Notes: generated by a model from the letters alone, not told the origin. A DNA stretch of 55,042 nucleotides from Girardia tigrina (GCA_001938485.1 MQRK01209022.1:1-55042); one strand, 5' to 3'; positions 11,348 through 24,957 are shown, counted from the stretch's first letter. Program-made: numbers and translations.

Positions 11348-12398
11348 AATTTAACACCACAAAATTTATTAATATCAGCAATTCACATATTTAAACAAAT
11401 TTCTTGTTATTTCAATTATTTCGACCAAAATTAATTTATTAAATTTTGAAAATTTAGGAAAGTTAAACTTTAAAATATACTTACATTTTTTTACGAAAAT
11501 TTTACGAAATTTAAACCTTAAAATAATTTTACATTTTTACGAAACTTTATCATAAAAACTATTTAATTTAAATTTACAATAAACCCTTTTATTAAAAAAA
11601 ATATTTCTTAAACTATTATTCCGTTAATTATTTATTTTAAAATTTATTTGAACTTATTTCATAACTTTTATTAAAATATATCAATTGTTATTACTTTAAG
11701 TATATTTTAAATAAGTATTTATTTTATCATATTTTTACTCAACATTTTAATTTTTCAATTTATTTCATTGAAATTTTAAAATTAAAGAACTATTTTGGCT
11801 TAACTTAAATTTAAACTAACCCCTCATACAATGAACAGATTTGTCAGTTCTTCGGCACTGCAAGAATTGAGAAATATCTTAATGTGATAGCGTCTCAGCA
11901 GACCGGGATCAATCGATATACTTAAGTGTAAAAATCTTTGCGGACGTTGTGCAAAAATGATGCGAATACCTTCACTTCAAATATTAAGACATAAATTCAT
12001 TTTTAATATTTAAAAACAAATAATTCACTTTTCTCCAAAAAACGAGTAACCATTAAATTTAACTCTAAGCTGAATAGAAAGAACTATTTCACTAAATCAA
12101 TTAATAAAAATACAATTTGGAGTTCAACTTTGAAAGGTCAAATGTCAAAAAAAAATAAAAATCCTGTAATTAAGAATTATAAAATCTTTAAATAAATAAG
12201 ACGATCATCATATAAGTTTATTTTAAATCTCACGTAATTTCAAACAATTTTTAAGCGAAATTTAATACAAAAGTCAATAATTAATTTAACATCGCTTGGA
12301 AGTAACAATTACTAATTCAAAACATCACGAATTAATTTAATTGTTAATGGTTGACAAATAAAATCACATCCCGTTAACAAATCAAGAAATGGTCATTA

Positions 12399-12890
12399 TT
12401 ATTTCGTATCGACGTTATCTTGTGTTATTTTTTTCTTAAACTCGCTGTAAGTCTGCGGAAGTCTCAACAGAAAACTTGAATTCGCAGTGGCATGGGCAGT
12501 GTGCAATTGCTCAATTAAAAATCCCATTTCACACAAATCCTTTATTTTCTCATTCAATCTATTATGTATTCTGTGAATAGTTAGGATTCTTTTCTGGCAA
12601 GCTATCCGTCTATATAGAAGACGTATTTCACCAAACATAAGGATAGAGAAGATATTCTTTAAAAAAAAGTAACTAAATACTATGAAGTGAATAAAACAAA
12701 TATAATAGACGAATAGAGTAGTGTTACTGGAAAAATCTGTTTGTAATAAATGAAGTAAGAACACATCATGACCGATTGTATATTGATTTCCCGATATTTG
12801 CATTATTGTTAAAGATTCTATTTCATTTCCTAAAAGCTGACACTGTTGATTATTCTCAGTAAATTCGTAGGAGAATGAATTAGCTGAAAA
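12399..12890 (-). pseudogene. Hypothetical spliced gene remnant (possible PAN/apple-like segment SFSYEFTENNQQCQLL)
   Basis: An acceptor-like TTTTCAG near 12885 opens a frame that runs into the 134-aa ORF. No confident family assignment. Confidence 0.2.
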
Positions 12891-13999
12891 TAAAAATCTA
12901 TCTATATACTATATGCTGTTTTAATAAGTAATGCAATAAGGCATAACTTCAAAAACAATTAACATTTTCCTATCAAAACGCGCTTCTTCCTTCAAAACCA
13001 AAAAAAACAGAATGTTGAAACAAAAATTCATTTCATTTTTCCATTTTCCTTTTTAATTAGATATATCAAATAAATTGAAATATCTAATATACAATAGTAA
13101 ATTTTCGGTACCCTAAATTATTTTTAAGATCTTTTTATACTTAAGTATAATAATATCATTACAAATTTGCCAACATTTATAAATTCTTAATTAATTTAAA
13201 ATTACTAATTAAAAATTTCCTATGATATACGAGAACGATATTATTATAGATTTTTATTTAACTATGTTAATGATTTAAAATAGTTGGTCGACCCTTTTAA
13301 GAAGGATACAAAGATTATCTTAATCCGAGACAGAACTTTTAAGCTTAATATTGTGTACCACAATAAAATAAAAATATATCTTTTCCTTTTTTGCTAAAAT
13401 TGAATTTTGGTCACTTATATATTTGTTTCACAAAGAATTTTACAGCTAAAAAACAAAAACAGAGTTGTTTTAATAAATTAAAGCAAAAAATTGAAAAAAT
13501 ACAATTTTTTATGGAGTTTCGAGTTTTATCTTGATTATAAATTGAATCGTTTCAAGCAACAATTATCGTAATAATGTAAAGATTTCTTTTCCTCGTTCTC
13601 GCATTCTCGTCACCCTTTTAGAACCGACCATATCGTTCGCGCTGGCGACCATCATTTATAGGACGACAACATCTGTGGAAACAGCCGATCTTCCGCCACA
13701 TTATGACCGAGTTATTCATCTCCCGTCAGATTATGATTGGACTATGCCCGCCACCAATTGGCGCGCATAACATCGATATCAGAAAGACAACGACCATCCG
13801 GTTCAGCCGCCCAGCTTTTGGATCTCAGTGCATTCCATTTTGGAGTAAATTTTTTTCTTAAATCATTTAATTTACGGGTTTGACTATGTAACTTTTGTAA
13901 ATAATCACTCTTAAATCATTTTAAAACATAAGAAACACAAAAACGAAAATAATCAATACTGTAGAAATAGATACTCTAGTTGGCTAAGTCAAAACGAAT

Positions 14000-14529
14000 T
14001 TTAAAAAAACAGGCCCCAGTAGATGTTTCCAATTATAGTATTGTTTCTAACTAATAAAATTTCTAATTACTTCTTAAAAAAATCTAAAACACAATTGGTT
14101 ATGAAAGCAAATTTAGTTTACCAATATAAATGTCACAAGTGTGAATCCTTGTACATTGGAGAGACAAATAGAATTGCAGAACATACCCAATCAAGTAGAA
14201 AAAGCTCAATTTTGGACCACATAATGAAATGTCATGGAACTCAAAGGAGGGTATTTGATAATGATTTTCGGGTTTTGATTAGTAACTTTGATCACAATTA
14301 TGAAAGGACAATTACTGAAGCACTCTTGAAAAAGTTTTGTAAACCTAGTCTAAATGTGCAAAGTGATTCGTCCAATCATATTAGAGTATTTTGGCGTAAC
14401 ACACTGTGACGTAATGGTCATCTTTCTATATAATCAATAACTTTCTAATTAAATACAGAACTGAAGATGCCACAAAAGTTGCGAAACATGTTTTCCAATA
14501 AAAATTTAAAATTAAAATGGTGTTATTTT
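14000..14529 (+). mobile_element. Penelope-like element 3' fragment: GIY-YIG endonuclease plus pLTR
   Basis: NLVYQYKCHKCESLYIGETNR..EH...SSILDH...ERTITEALL...KPSLNVQ, followed by a hammerhead motif. Confidence 0.9.
14457..14496 (+). ncRNA. Minimal type I hammerhead ribozyme motif (Penelope pLTR)
   Basis: CTGAAGA, stem II (GCCAC-AAAA-GTTGC, one mismatch), GAAA, then the palindromic ACATGT stem III typical of PLE hammerheads. Confidence 0.7.
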
Positions 14530-15299
14530 NNNNNNNNNNNNNNNNNNNNNNNNNNNNNNNNNNNNNNNNNNNNNNNNNNNNNNNNNNNNNNNNNNNNNNN
14601 NNNNNNATATATAACTGTGGTTTTAATAACTGAGAAAGATAATATATATATGAATACCAGTAACTTTCATACCTTTATCATATTATTACCTTCTATTAAA
14701 TAAAAATACTCGCTCATTATATAAGAAATCGATTTGTTAAATTGAGAAGAAACATTGCACATTACATTAATTTCCTCTTTGATGTGTTTAAAAGGTAGTC
14801 TTCCATATTTATCTTGAATGCTCATGATTTTCCATTCGTCTTCTACTAATTCAGAAAGGATTACTACTGTATTGTGTTCATCTTCAGGTGCACCATCATG
14901 ACCACATTGTATAACTGATCCGGGTGATTTAGTAAATAAATAAAAGCATATAAAAGATGGATTTGCTGAATAAATAAATGTCATAAAAAATAATTAAAAA
15001 AATCAAAAAACAAACGATACAAGATATCAAGTTAATTTTTTAAACAAACAATTGGTTTAAAAATCATTTAACATTTATTTTGTTGATATATTAGAAATTT
15101 AGGATTTAACCTGAATGAAATAAGGGAATTAAGAATTATGAAAATTAGATTGTTATTTTATGTTACTATAATTAAAGATGGTTGATCGATAGATCGATTC
15201 GATAGGCCGATCGATCGATTTATTAGCTTTGTAGATGTGATCTAATAACCTCAAATATCTGCAAGATAAATACCAATCTAGAATAATGTGTTAACGGAC

Positions 15300-15530
15300 G
15301 TGCTCTAAATGAATAAAGAAATTCATAAAGGCAAAATACGAGAGCACATAATTTCAAACAGGATAAAAGAGACAATATATGGGGAAGTGTTTCATCTAAC
15401 ATACCCGAATACAACTTTTTTGTCTGATATGTCGAGGCAAAACCACGTGGATATATGTAGGGACGAAATAAATTTATGCATCAACTTGTCACAGAAGACG
15501 AAATTTTTACTGGGAGAACCAGGATAGAGT
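15300..15530 (+). pseudogene. Degraded gypsy integrase N-terminal fragment
   Basis: EIHKG...RIKETIY, CLIC and NHVDIC in shifting frames resemble the HHCC zinc-binding region and start of the core. Confidence 0.35.
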
Positions 15531-15809
15531 TTTCGATAATTCCTGGCTCAGTCCAAGTCAAACACAGAACTTCGACGCACCCAGACACTAAAGAAACTTT
15601 AGCCGCAATATTTCGCGATTGATTTTACTTTTTATATTGCATTTAAAGCTCTCAAAAAATTTTAATTATTAACAATTTAATTAGATCTTTTTAATTTTAG
15701 CAATCTTTTTTTTCAAACTTTACATAATTAATTATATAACATTTAGATTTAATGGCAATTTATTTACAAAGAAAATAAAGAACAAACGCCATTTTAAAAG
15801 TTTTTATTT

Positions 15810-15848
15810 TGCAAAATATGTTTCGCTATTACGGCATCATCAGTTGTG
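15810..15848 (-). ncRNA. Hammerhead ribozyme motif in 3' pLTR
   Basis: Minus strand reads CAACTGATGATGCCGTAATAGCGAAACATATTTTG. Confidence 0.65.
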
Positions 15849-17011
15849 AGTACATTTCAAATTACAAGTTATTTATATGGCACATTGACTATTACGTAAT
15901 TATTTTTTTTAATTAATATTAAAAGATTTTAATATTATTTTAATATTAAAATATTGTTGGATAATTCACTTTAAACATTTAAGTATGGTGTTAAATGCTT
16001 TATTAATAATGCCTTAGTGACTATCCTCTCATGATATATGTCAAAATGTTTCTTCAAAATTGTAAATTCAGTTTCATAGTTAACTTTATCTCTATTTCTC
16101 CATTTTTAATGTGATCTAGAATCGAGCTATTCCTACTCAAATGGGTGTGTTCAATTATTCTAGCGCGGAGATGACGATTTGTTTCTCCAATGTACAAGGA
16201 TTCACATTTGTGATATTTAAATTGATATACTAGATTAGTTGGACACCCGATGGAGTTTTTGATTTATTTGAGAAATATCTGGATAGTTTATTAGTTATGA
16301 AGATCATCCGCAAATTAAAACCCGAAGGAACATTTTTCATTAGGCCTTTCCTAAAATCAGATGATAAATTAAAAATTCTGTGAATTAATCCTTTCACCAA
16401 ACTTTTATTGTACTTGTGATCACAGAGACTCATAGGATTATTCTAAAAATCCGTGTCAGAACTCTTTCGAAATACTTCAGTTTCATAACCCTTCGATTTT
16501 CTTTCAATTAATAAAACAAAAAATGAAATCTTGCCTGCTGATTCGATTTCACTGGTAAATCTCATATTTGGATGAAGTACATTCATAAATTGTAAGAAAT
16601 TATCAATATGGTTTTTATTTTCAAAAATCATGAAGATAACATCAACATATCTAGTGTAAAATAAAGGCATATTTCCTTCAAAAAAATTGAATTTTTTCTC
16701 CAAACTCTGGAGAAATATTGAAGCTATTAAAGGTGCTAATGGAGACCCCATTGCCACTCCATCAACTTGCATGTACCATTCATTATTAAAAATAAATGGA
16801 ACATTTTTTACTAAATTCTAAAAGTGCCTTCATTGGTTTACTCATTGAAGACATTTTATTTTCAACTAATTTATCCCATAATTTAGTACATAAATCAATC
16901 GTTTCATTTAGAGGTACGTTAGTAAATAAGCTATGTCAAATGAAACTAAAAAAAGTTAATTGCGTAATAGTCAATGTGCCATATAAATGACTTGTAATTT
17001 GAAATTTACTT

Positions 17012-17050
17012 CACAACTGATGATGCCGTAATGGCGAAACATATTTTGCA
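17012..17050 (+). ncRNA. Hammerhead ribozyme motif in inverted pLTR
   Basis: CAACTGATGATGCCGTAATGGCGAAACATATTTTG: CTGATGA core, GCC/GGC stem II, GAAA. Confidence 0.7.
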
Positions 17051-18439
17051 AAATAAAAAAAAACTTTTAAAACGGTCTTTGTTAATTATATATATATTTT
17101 TAATTTCTACATATTTAATTTAACCTTATTTCAAAAATTTTCCTAACATCTATAATTCGTAGCAGGTATGTTAATGACAAATTTTTTGTTCCCCTGTAAA
17201 TATCAATGACAAGAAAGATCGAATAACAACTGCAATCAACACATCAAATAGAAGCATCCTGAACTGCATTTCCAAGGTATTTGTAAATAACCTATCCCCG
17301 CTTTTTTTATTTTTTTTAATGTAATTATTTTTATTTATATTTAAATTATTTATTTTTATATACTTTTATATTATATTATTCTGTATGATGTGATAAGTAA
17401 TGTTTATATCTATAGAAAAAATGAATTTTTAAAATTAAAATTTTAAAAATTAATCTATGGATCGCTTATTTTTAATTTTATAATTTGTATTTTATAATTT
17501 ATATGTATGTTGAATTTTATTTTACTTGATAATTTTAGTCGAAATCCTAGCTAATTTAATTTCTGAATTAACTTTTCGATTACTTAACTTTTGTTATTAC
17601 TATTTTGTTACGAATACGAAGAAAGACAGAAATATATTATTTTACGATTTCAGGAACATTAATAATACCATATCCTGTTTCAAGTATTATTTTATTGGTT
17701 TATCGTGGTATATTTTGTTTACCTAGTATCGTTTTTTTCGGAATTTAAATCGATATTTTTATTATTTATTATCATTATTATTTATATTAATTTCAAACTT
17801 TTCATCCTCAAGACGAAATTCAAATTGAAGGACAATCGCTGAAATTTTTTATTACTACATGAACGTGGTGTTTATATATTAAATATTTATATAAGGTAAA
17901 TAAGATATAATTAAATAATTAGATAAAAAAATAAAAGCTTAAATTAAGTAATTTTAAAAAAAGGAATAATAATTAAATTTAAAAACTGAACTTTACTCAG
18001 TTATTATTACTAGAATTTCAAGTCATATGACTTAATGTCTTTGTTCCAAAATACGAATATTTGTTTTGTTACTACTGATTAAGTCAATTTGGTGTGTGGC
18101 TTTTTTACTGGCTGAATTAAGAAATACTCACTCTGATTGGTCAGTCGATTAGAGTGAGTGAATCAATTAAATTTTTCACAATTCAATTTTTTTTGTGAGT
18201 GAAAGAGCATTGGAATGAGGGGAGGATTTAGGCAAATTACAAAATGATTGTAATGGATATTTTTATTTATTTTTAGAAATGAAACGAGGCCAAGGTACTT
18301 TAAATATGTATTTTAAAAACAAGAGTTTATAAAATGTTAACCCCTGTCAGTTGTCTAAGGTAGTGAAACTGTAATTGAACCTTATATAAAATCACAATTT
18401 ATTACTTCAACTATTCAAAATAATTTACAAAAATTATAT

Positions 18440-18648
18440 ATCACCATATGAGATTGTAATGCCTCATTTTGAAGGCTGGTAAATAAAAGAAAAAAAATTT
18501 AAAAAATTAAAAATGTTTTTTAACACTTTCAACATTTTTTATCGAAATAAAAATCAATAGATCTTATTTATAAAAAAATTATTAATCAATATTTATGATA
18601 GTTTAATATATATCCAACTTACCACGACCGTTTGTGGTATATAACTAG
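18440..18648 (+). mobile_element. Helitron-like 3' end
   Basis: Hairpin TACCACGA-CCGT-TTGTGGTA (18620-18639) followed five bases later by CTAG (18645-18648). Confidence 0.55.
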
Positions 18649-19929
18649 CTTGATAATCATATTCCGCCTCATTTATTCGACGATCAGCTGATTGAAATAA
18701 TAATTTGAAATTACGAAATGATAATACCGATTATTTAAACAAACCGGATATTGTTTTTAACGGAATTATCCTACAATTGTCCAGTAAAATTTTCATGACG
18801 ATATGCTGACTTCGAAATTTTACGTAAAAATTATTTTCGAATTTTATTCATATCAGAAATCAAATTTTACAATTTCCAGTTTTATAAATCGAATTTTTAA
18901 TGGAAATTCTCAATTTTAAAATTCTTTATCAAAATTCTAAATAATATTTTCAAAGAAAATCCGAAAACAAAAACAATTTTCGTTCAATTATTATTATTAT
19001 TAATAATGAAATTATTCGAATGAATAAAGTAGATTCCACGGAATCTAGAAATTATTTTATTGCACAATTACAAAACTCATCATATATCTACGCTACAGAC
19101 TATATTCGACACATCAAAAATTATCGAATTTACTATCCAACCAACAGCACATCAACGTATTCAGTAACAATCTATTTCTTAGAGACAATTTTCGGTCATT
19201 CTAAGACTGATATTTCTATAATTTTGCTATTTTCAAGCGTTTAATCATCGGTCAATTCAAGTAACAATAATTCCTTTATTATTAATAGACTAAATACTTC
19301 TTTTGGCTCAAATATACTGTAACTGTTGACACTATATTGGTAACTAAAATTATCTGAGTTCAAATGTTGACTTATCCTTATTTTTATTTATTCAAATCGC
19401 GTGAAGAATCCCTAATATTTTTTACTACACTATCAACATTTTTACCACCTACAAAATCTCACCTATTTATTCGTTACTAAGTGTACATACAATTCTTGAC
19501 ATTCATTATTATTTTGATAGTAAACAGTTATGCTACAATTTCGTTAATATATTTGTTAAACCTATCAAATATTTTTTTAATATTGCCAGCTATTATTTTG
19601 GGGTATCGTTATAGTGCTTCCACATATTCTTTTTCATCAAGACTGAGACTTAATTGCGACATATTCTCTAGGAATATTGAGTAATTTCAGATATTGAAAA
19701 TTACATAGGCAGTATAAATTGCATAAACGACAAATTTTAATATGATTTATTAAAAATCACTGGAATCCATGAAAAGAATAAAATTTACCGTAATCACAAA
19801 AAAAAGGAAAACAAGAAAAAAGACTTATATATCCTACTCACTTACACAGTTTTTCATGGCTTGTTTATTCTCATGTTGGACAAGGATTATTTTGTAAATT
19901 TTGTGCCATATTTTCCCCGGATTTGTGGG

Positions 19930-21630
19930 GAGATCTAACGAAAGTATCCAGTACTTTATAAAATCATACATCTCACCAAATAAATAAATCATAATTTTAC
20001 CAAATAAAGCTTCGGATTGTTGGGTATTCGAAATAAACTTTTAAATATTTCCTTTTAAACACTTTCAACTTAGAAAATATCTGACTCCCTTTTCAAAAGG
20101 TTCTTCCAACTTTGTAATGAATGTATTAATTTGATTAACCCTCTCTTGAGGTTTCAATTCAAATAAATGTCGTCGGAGATTAGCTTCAAAATATTATTAA
20201 AAGTGATGTCTAAAGAATTTGTTTTAAAAACTTTATTCAATTGAATCAAAAATTCTTCCAAATAATACAACGAATAATTAACTATGGAGGATTCCAAATT
20301 AAATATTATATCATAAAAAGACGTATTATTTATTTAAATATGCTTTGTCTTTTAACGTTTATATGTTTTTGTGTCTTCTTTAGGTTATATTTGTGCGAGT
20401 TATAATTTTAAAATTTTGGGTATTTATACCCATTTTTATATTATAATATTAAAAAAAATAATAGTTTTTAATTAATTAAAAAAATATTATTTAGTTAATT
20501 ATTATTTGTTTGATTACATGGGCTTAATTGCCCAGATTATTTTAGATTATTTTATTTATTTTGTTAAGATTATTTGGGCTTAATTGCCTATGATTGTTTT
20601 ATTCTTGACAATCTGTCAAGATTAGGAAATATTAAGTGCTCTTATCAGGCTTTCGACCTGATAAGGCACAAGTTGGTCAAGAGACCAAAATAATTTCATT
20701 TTTTAATTTTTTATTTTTATTTAAGTGAGTATTTTTATTTATTATAATAATATAATAATAATAATAATAATGATAAATATTATATTAAATTTAATAAAAT
20801 AAAAAATAAATAATGTTTAACTACTACTAATAATAATAATAGAAATAATAATAATAATAAAATAATAATANNNNNNNNNNNNNNNNNNNNNNNNNNNNNN
20901 NNNNNNNNNNNNNNNNNNNNTGAGTAGTAAAAAATAATAATGATAATAATAATAAATTAATAATTTTTTTAAGCCTTTAACGGCTTTTTCTAACTGACAC
21001 AGGCGTGTCCCCTTAATGAACGGGCCCCTGCGAGGGAGGAAAAATGCGTTGCAAAGGAGTTAAATAAAAATAATAATAATTTTAATAATAATTGATTCAT
21101 ATTAATTTTAATAAAATATAATAGTAATAAAAATATAATAATAATGACAAAATAATAATAATAATACTAATATTGATAAATTAATAATATTAATAGTAAT
21201 TCAAAGAAAATAATAATAAATAAATAATCAAAATAATAACAGTAAATTTAATTATAATAATAAAAATATAATGATGATAGTAATAATTATAAAATAAATA
21301 ATAATAATAGTAATACTAAAGTAATAATACTAAAATAATAATAATATAAAATAGTAATAATGAAATAATCATAATTTTTATTATACAAATTTAAATATTA
21401 GTAAATATAATAAATTAGTAAATAATAAATATAATAAATACTAAAATGATATTTCCAATTATTCAATAATAATATTTATACATTTTACATATTATCTCTA
21501 ATAACTAGCCTAAGTCCCTGAGCACTGAGCTCAAACAAAAGGGTAGTTACAAAGAGGTTGAACACCACAATTTATTTTTATTTTTTGAATGTTTATTATT
21601 TTATTTTCTTTTTAATTTATTTTTTTTAGG
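19930..21630 (-). mobile_element. Probable LTR-retrotransposon 5' remnant (decayed gag-like frame plus AAT-rich leader with hairpins), nested in the hAT
   Basis: It interrupts the hAT transposase. The minus-strand frame YYLEEFLIQLNKVFK is gag-like, and (AAT)n tracts contain several near-perfect hairpins. Confidence 0.4.
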
Positions 21631-24199
21631 AGGGTAAGGAATTTATTTATTTTAAAATTTTAATTTTACAAATATTTTCAGTTCCAGAACCTTAACAGGA
21701 TGTTATTAAAAAAGATACTAATGATGAAGTATTTTAGAAGCAGGACTCATTTGGATTTTCATTTGGCGGAATTCTGTATGAGACAGAAATTTTAAAAGTA
21801 ATCAGCTGTTTTATGCAATATGTGAGGCAATTAAATAAGGGAAAATGCTGTATTTAAAAAAGACTGTATTTGGTAAAAACGGCTGCATTTTTATCTCTAA
21901 CCTTTTTTAACAATCAACAATATTATTTTAAAGAAAACCTTAGAGTTTTGTAATGCATCGAAACTTATTAACAATACAATTTCCATAATTATAGAAAAAC
22001 GTCGTAATGCTAATAAAGAACTGTTAATAATATATATCTGGATCAATGTATATCAAAAGATATCACTGACTTTATCTATTAGTGTTAAATCAGTTGAATG
22101 AAGCTTTTATTCCTTGTGTCGACTAAATATATTTAAGAAATCGATATACATATACACTGAGATATAGATGTTAATATTTTTAGTGTTATTGAACGTTTTG
22201 CTAAGGGGCAAAATCGTAAATTAAATTTAATTACGTAATTGATAATATTTTTAAAATACTATTATTGTGACTTATTTTAATTTTGTTACATTTGTGTAAA
22301 CTTTTAAGAAATAATAGTTTTGCATCAACTTAAATAATAACCGCACCAAGAAGCATATAGTCATATCTGAATTGTTTATGCAGTTCCTAATAATCTCTTA
22401 TAGATCAAAAATTAAAATTAAATTAAAAATTTGTTTTTATAAAATATTTGAAAATTAAATTTAAATATTAAATAATACTATTATTTTAAGAATAATGTGT
22501 TTTTATTCAGAGAGAGTTTCAAAAACGTAAAACAAGTATATCAGAGTATAATAATACTTTTTCTCAATTTCTATTTTTTTGTTTAAATTAGAATCAGTCC
22601 CTAGAATCAGAGTCTAGATCCGCCTCTGATTAGAAATTTGTCATCATTTTGTTAAAAAACATTTTTTTTCGATTAAAACACATCGATTTTTTGCTATTTT
22701 TGAATCACTTTTTGACGAAATATTTGGCTTGATTAAATTTTTTGTCATTGAATTTGTCACGAAATATTTGATTCGAATAAATTTGTAATTGGGAATTTTT
22801 TTTTGTCGATTTATTTACGCTCGACATAAAACATATTGGAAATTTGTCATTATTTGTATTCAAAAATAAGAAAAAAGATTATTTGACTAAAATTACAAGA
22901 AAATATTTTTTCTTTTGATGATCTAATTAATATCAAATTAAAATGGGCCCAGCACACTAAGATCGAGCATCCATATGATATCGATTGCGTGACTGCTGCC
23001 ACCGTCCGGGGCAACTCGGATATCGGGTGGAACACCGTGTAAAATAATAAAAATTTGATATAGTAAAAAGTCAAAAATAAGTTATTATAATAAATTATTT
23101 TTAAAGTTTAAAATGTTTTTTACAAATTGAAAGTAAAATAAAATTTACGAGGCGAGTTGAAAATTTTAATTAACGGAAATTTTTTTGAAAATTAGGAGTT
23201 GTCATATTAAAAATTTTTTTGGTGTTAAAAATGAATTCTGGTATCGATGTTGCAACCACTTCTCGCATATATAACAGTTAAAAAGAAACTAAATTATACA
23301 GATTATTTATCGCTTAATTTAGTTTCTTTTTACAATAGTTTATTTTGACTTAATGTTATCCTTGCTACCAGTGGTAGTTGAATTGAACACTTGGGAAGCA
23401 TGAAATACAAAATTGAAGATATACGCATAACTTGTGCCAGATAGTTTTCGATTATTTTATTTTTTTTTGAAAAATAGGGCAATGGATTAAGCCTATTCTT
23501 TTTGAATCGCTCTGCATATTAAAATCATACTAATTATTACTAATTAATGTATAATGGACAAAAGAGCACTTTCAAGTCTTAAAAATTTGAATTAGATTTT
23601 AAAACATTTTCCAATAATTATCCCAAATGTTTTACATAATTAAAATGAATAAAAAGAATCATCTCTTTGATACTAACATTAAAACTAACAAATATTCAGT
23701 TATAAATACTGGTGATATAATATATGATTCCAAAATTTTTCTTCATATATATAATAATAAATAAATAATGTAGAGCACTTCAAGCAACAGAAGAAGAAAT
23801 ACATCAGTTCATATCAGCTATCTCAGAACATGTCAGTGGTACCACTGATAAATAATTCAGATGTATAATAACCTTTACAATAAATACTTTAATAAAGTAC
23901 CTAACAAAATTCTCATACAATATATACATCGCATTTATTACTAAATGCATTGATTCATGAGAAATGAGTGTTATGTACAGCTAGCAGCACACTCAAACTC
24001 TTATCCAACTTCTATCTTGCATAACGATCACTCCAAACCATGATAAAATCATCATACTACAAAGGGCACTTGAATTCGAAGGGTACATGAATTAAAATTC
24101 CACATCACACCAAGCAGACAATTATATTACTCTATCACATCACTAACGCACTCCCTCAATCCCCGCATCTGACTATCATCGAACGCCAAACCCTTGTTA

Positions 24200-24800
24200 A
24201 CTGCAACTCCCATGGAATGCCTTCAGAATACCAAACTGAACTGTTACTGCATTTAAGCGACATCCTCCATCCCCCGGCCGTATTTTCTACTAACCAAAGG
24301 ATCACTCCAAAGTGGTTCGACATCCTAGAAATGCAATTCAAAATCTAAAGGACTAACCAACAAGACTACGATGTTTTACGACACTCTTTGTCTACTACCA
24401 CTAGAGATAATGCAGTCGGTTGAGATTCATGCTAGGAGAAATGGCTAACACGAAAAACCGTTTAAGTAATATAAAAATCACATCCTCAAGGTCTTCAAAC
24501 CATTCATCGACTACATTTTCACGACCTATTTTCAGTCAAAGCTCTTGAAAACTAAATACCAGCCAAAATTATAGAGAAAATCATCACTGACCTAAGAGAT
24601 ATTTACCGTGACATTCCAAAGGGTCAGCAAAATGAAGTTCTCAAATTTCATTATGAGATTCTTCTCAACATTGGTGAAGTTCATATTAGTTGCCAGATCA
24701 ATCACTGACCATAACGAGGTGACCAGATTAGCTGACGAAATCGCGGCTACGCAAGCCAATGAAGCACCCAGTTGTTTTCCAGTGAACACTCTACTTGTGC
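24200..24800 (+). pseudogene. Mag-type gypsy gag remnant (DUF7041-like)
   Basis: PPAVFS...PKWFDILEMQFKI...VTRLADEIA resembles the gag pattern LPPFW...WF...E.QF...LADKI. Confidence 0.6.
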
Positions 24801-24957
24801 AATCAACTGTCCCTCATTACCAAGCAATTCAAACTACTAAAGTGCAGAACTACAATTGTCCGGTTTCGAATTTAAAAAAAACAGAAAAAATTGTTAATAT
24901 TAAAGCTGAAATTTAAATTAGATTAATTTCAATTTCAAGTCAAAGAATGAAAAAGAG

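Larger units (their letters stand above)
15781..17083 (-). mobile_element. 5'-truncated Penelope-like element (RT + GIY-YIG) flanked by inverted pLTRs
   Basis: RT motifs SLFTNVPL, QVDGVAMGSPLAPLIASIF and YTRYVD; GIY-YIG VYQFKYHKCESLYIGETNRHL at ~16170-16230. 15781-15900 and ~16958-17083 are inverted copies of each other. Confidence 0.92.
18217..22628 (+). mobile_element. Old hAT (ZMYM1/P52rIPK-like) transposon broken by nested insertions
   Basis: Degenerate 5' TIR GAGGGGAGGATTTAG at 18217 and 3' TIR CTAGATCCGCCTCTG ending at 22628. Flanks ATTGGAAT/ATTAGAAA match at 6 of 8 positions (TSD). Transposase pieces: MKRGQGTLNMYFK (~18279), HLHSFSWLVYSHVGQGLFCKFCAIF (~19838-19915), and dimerisation region LTLSISVKSVE*SFYSL...SVIERFAKGQNRK (~22065-22225). 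Confidence 0.7.

Noticed and set aside
19019-19684. Alternative genetic code to explain frequent stops
   Set aside because: All three stop types plus frameshifts occur in recognisable TE genes, consistent with neutral decay; intact ORFs end in standard stops.
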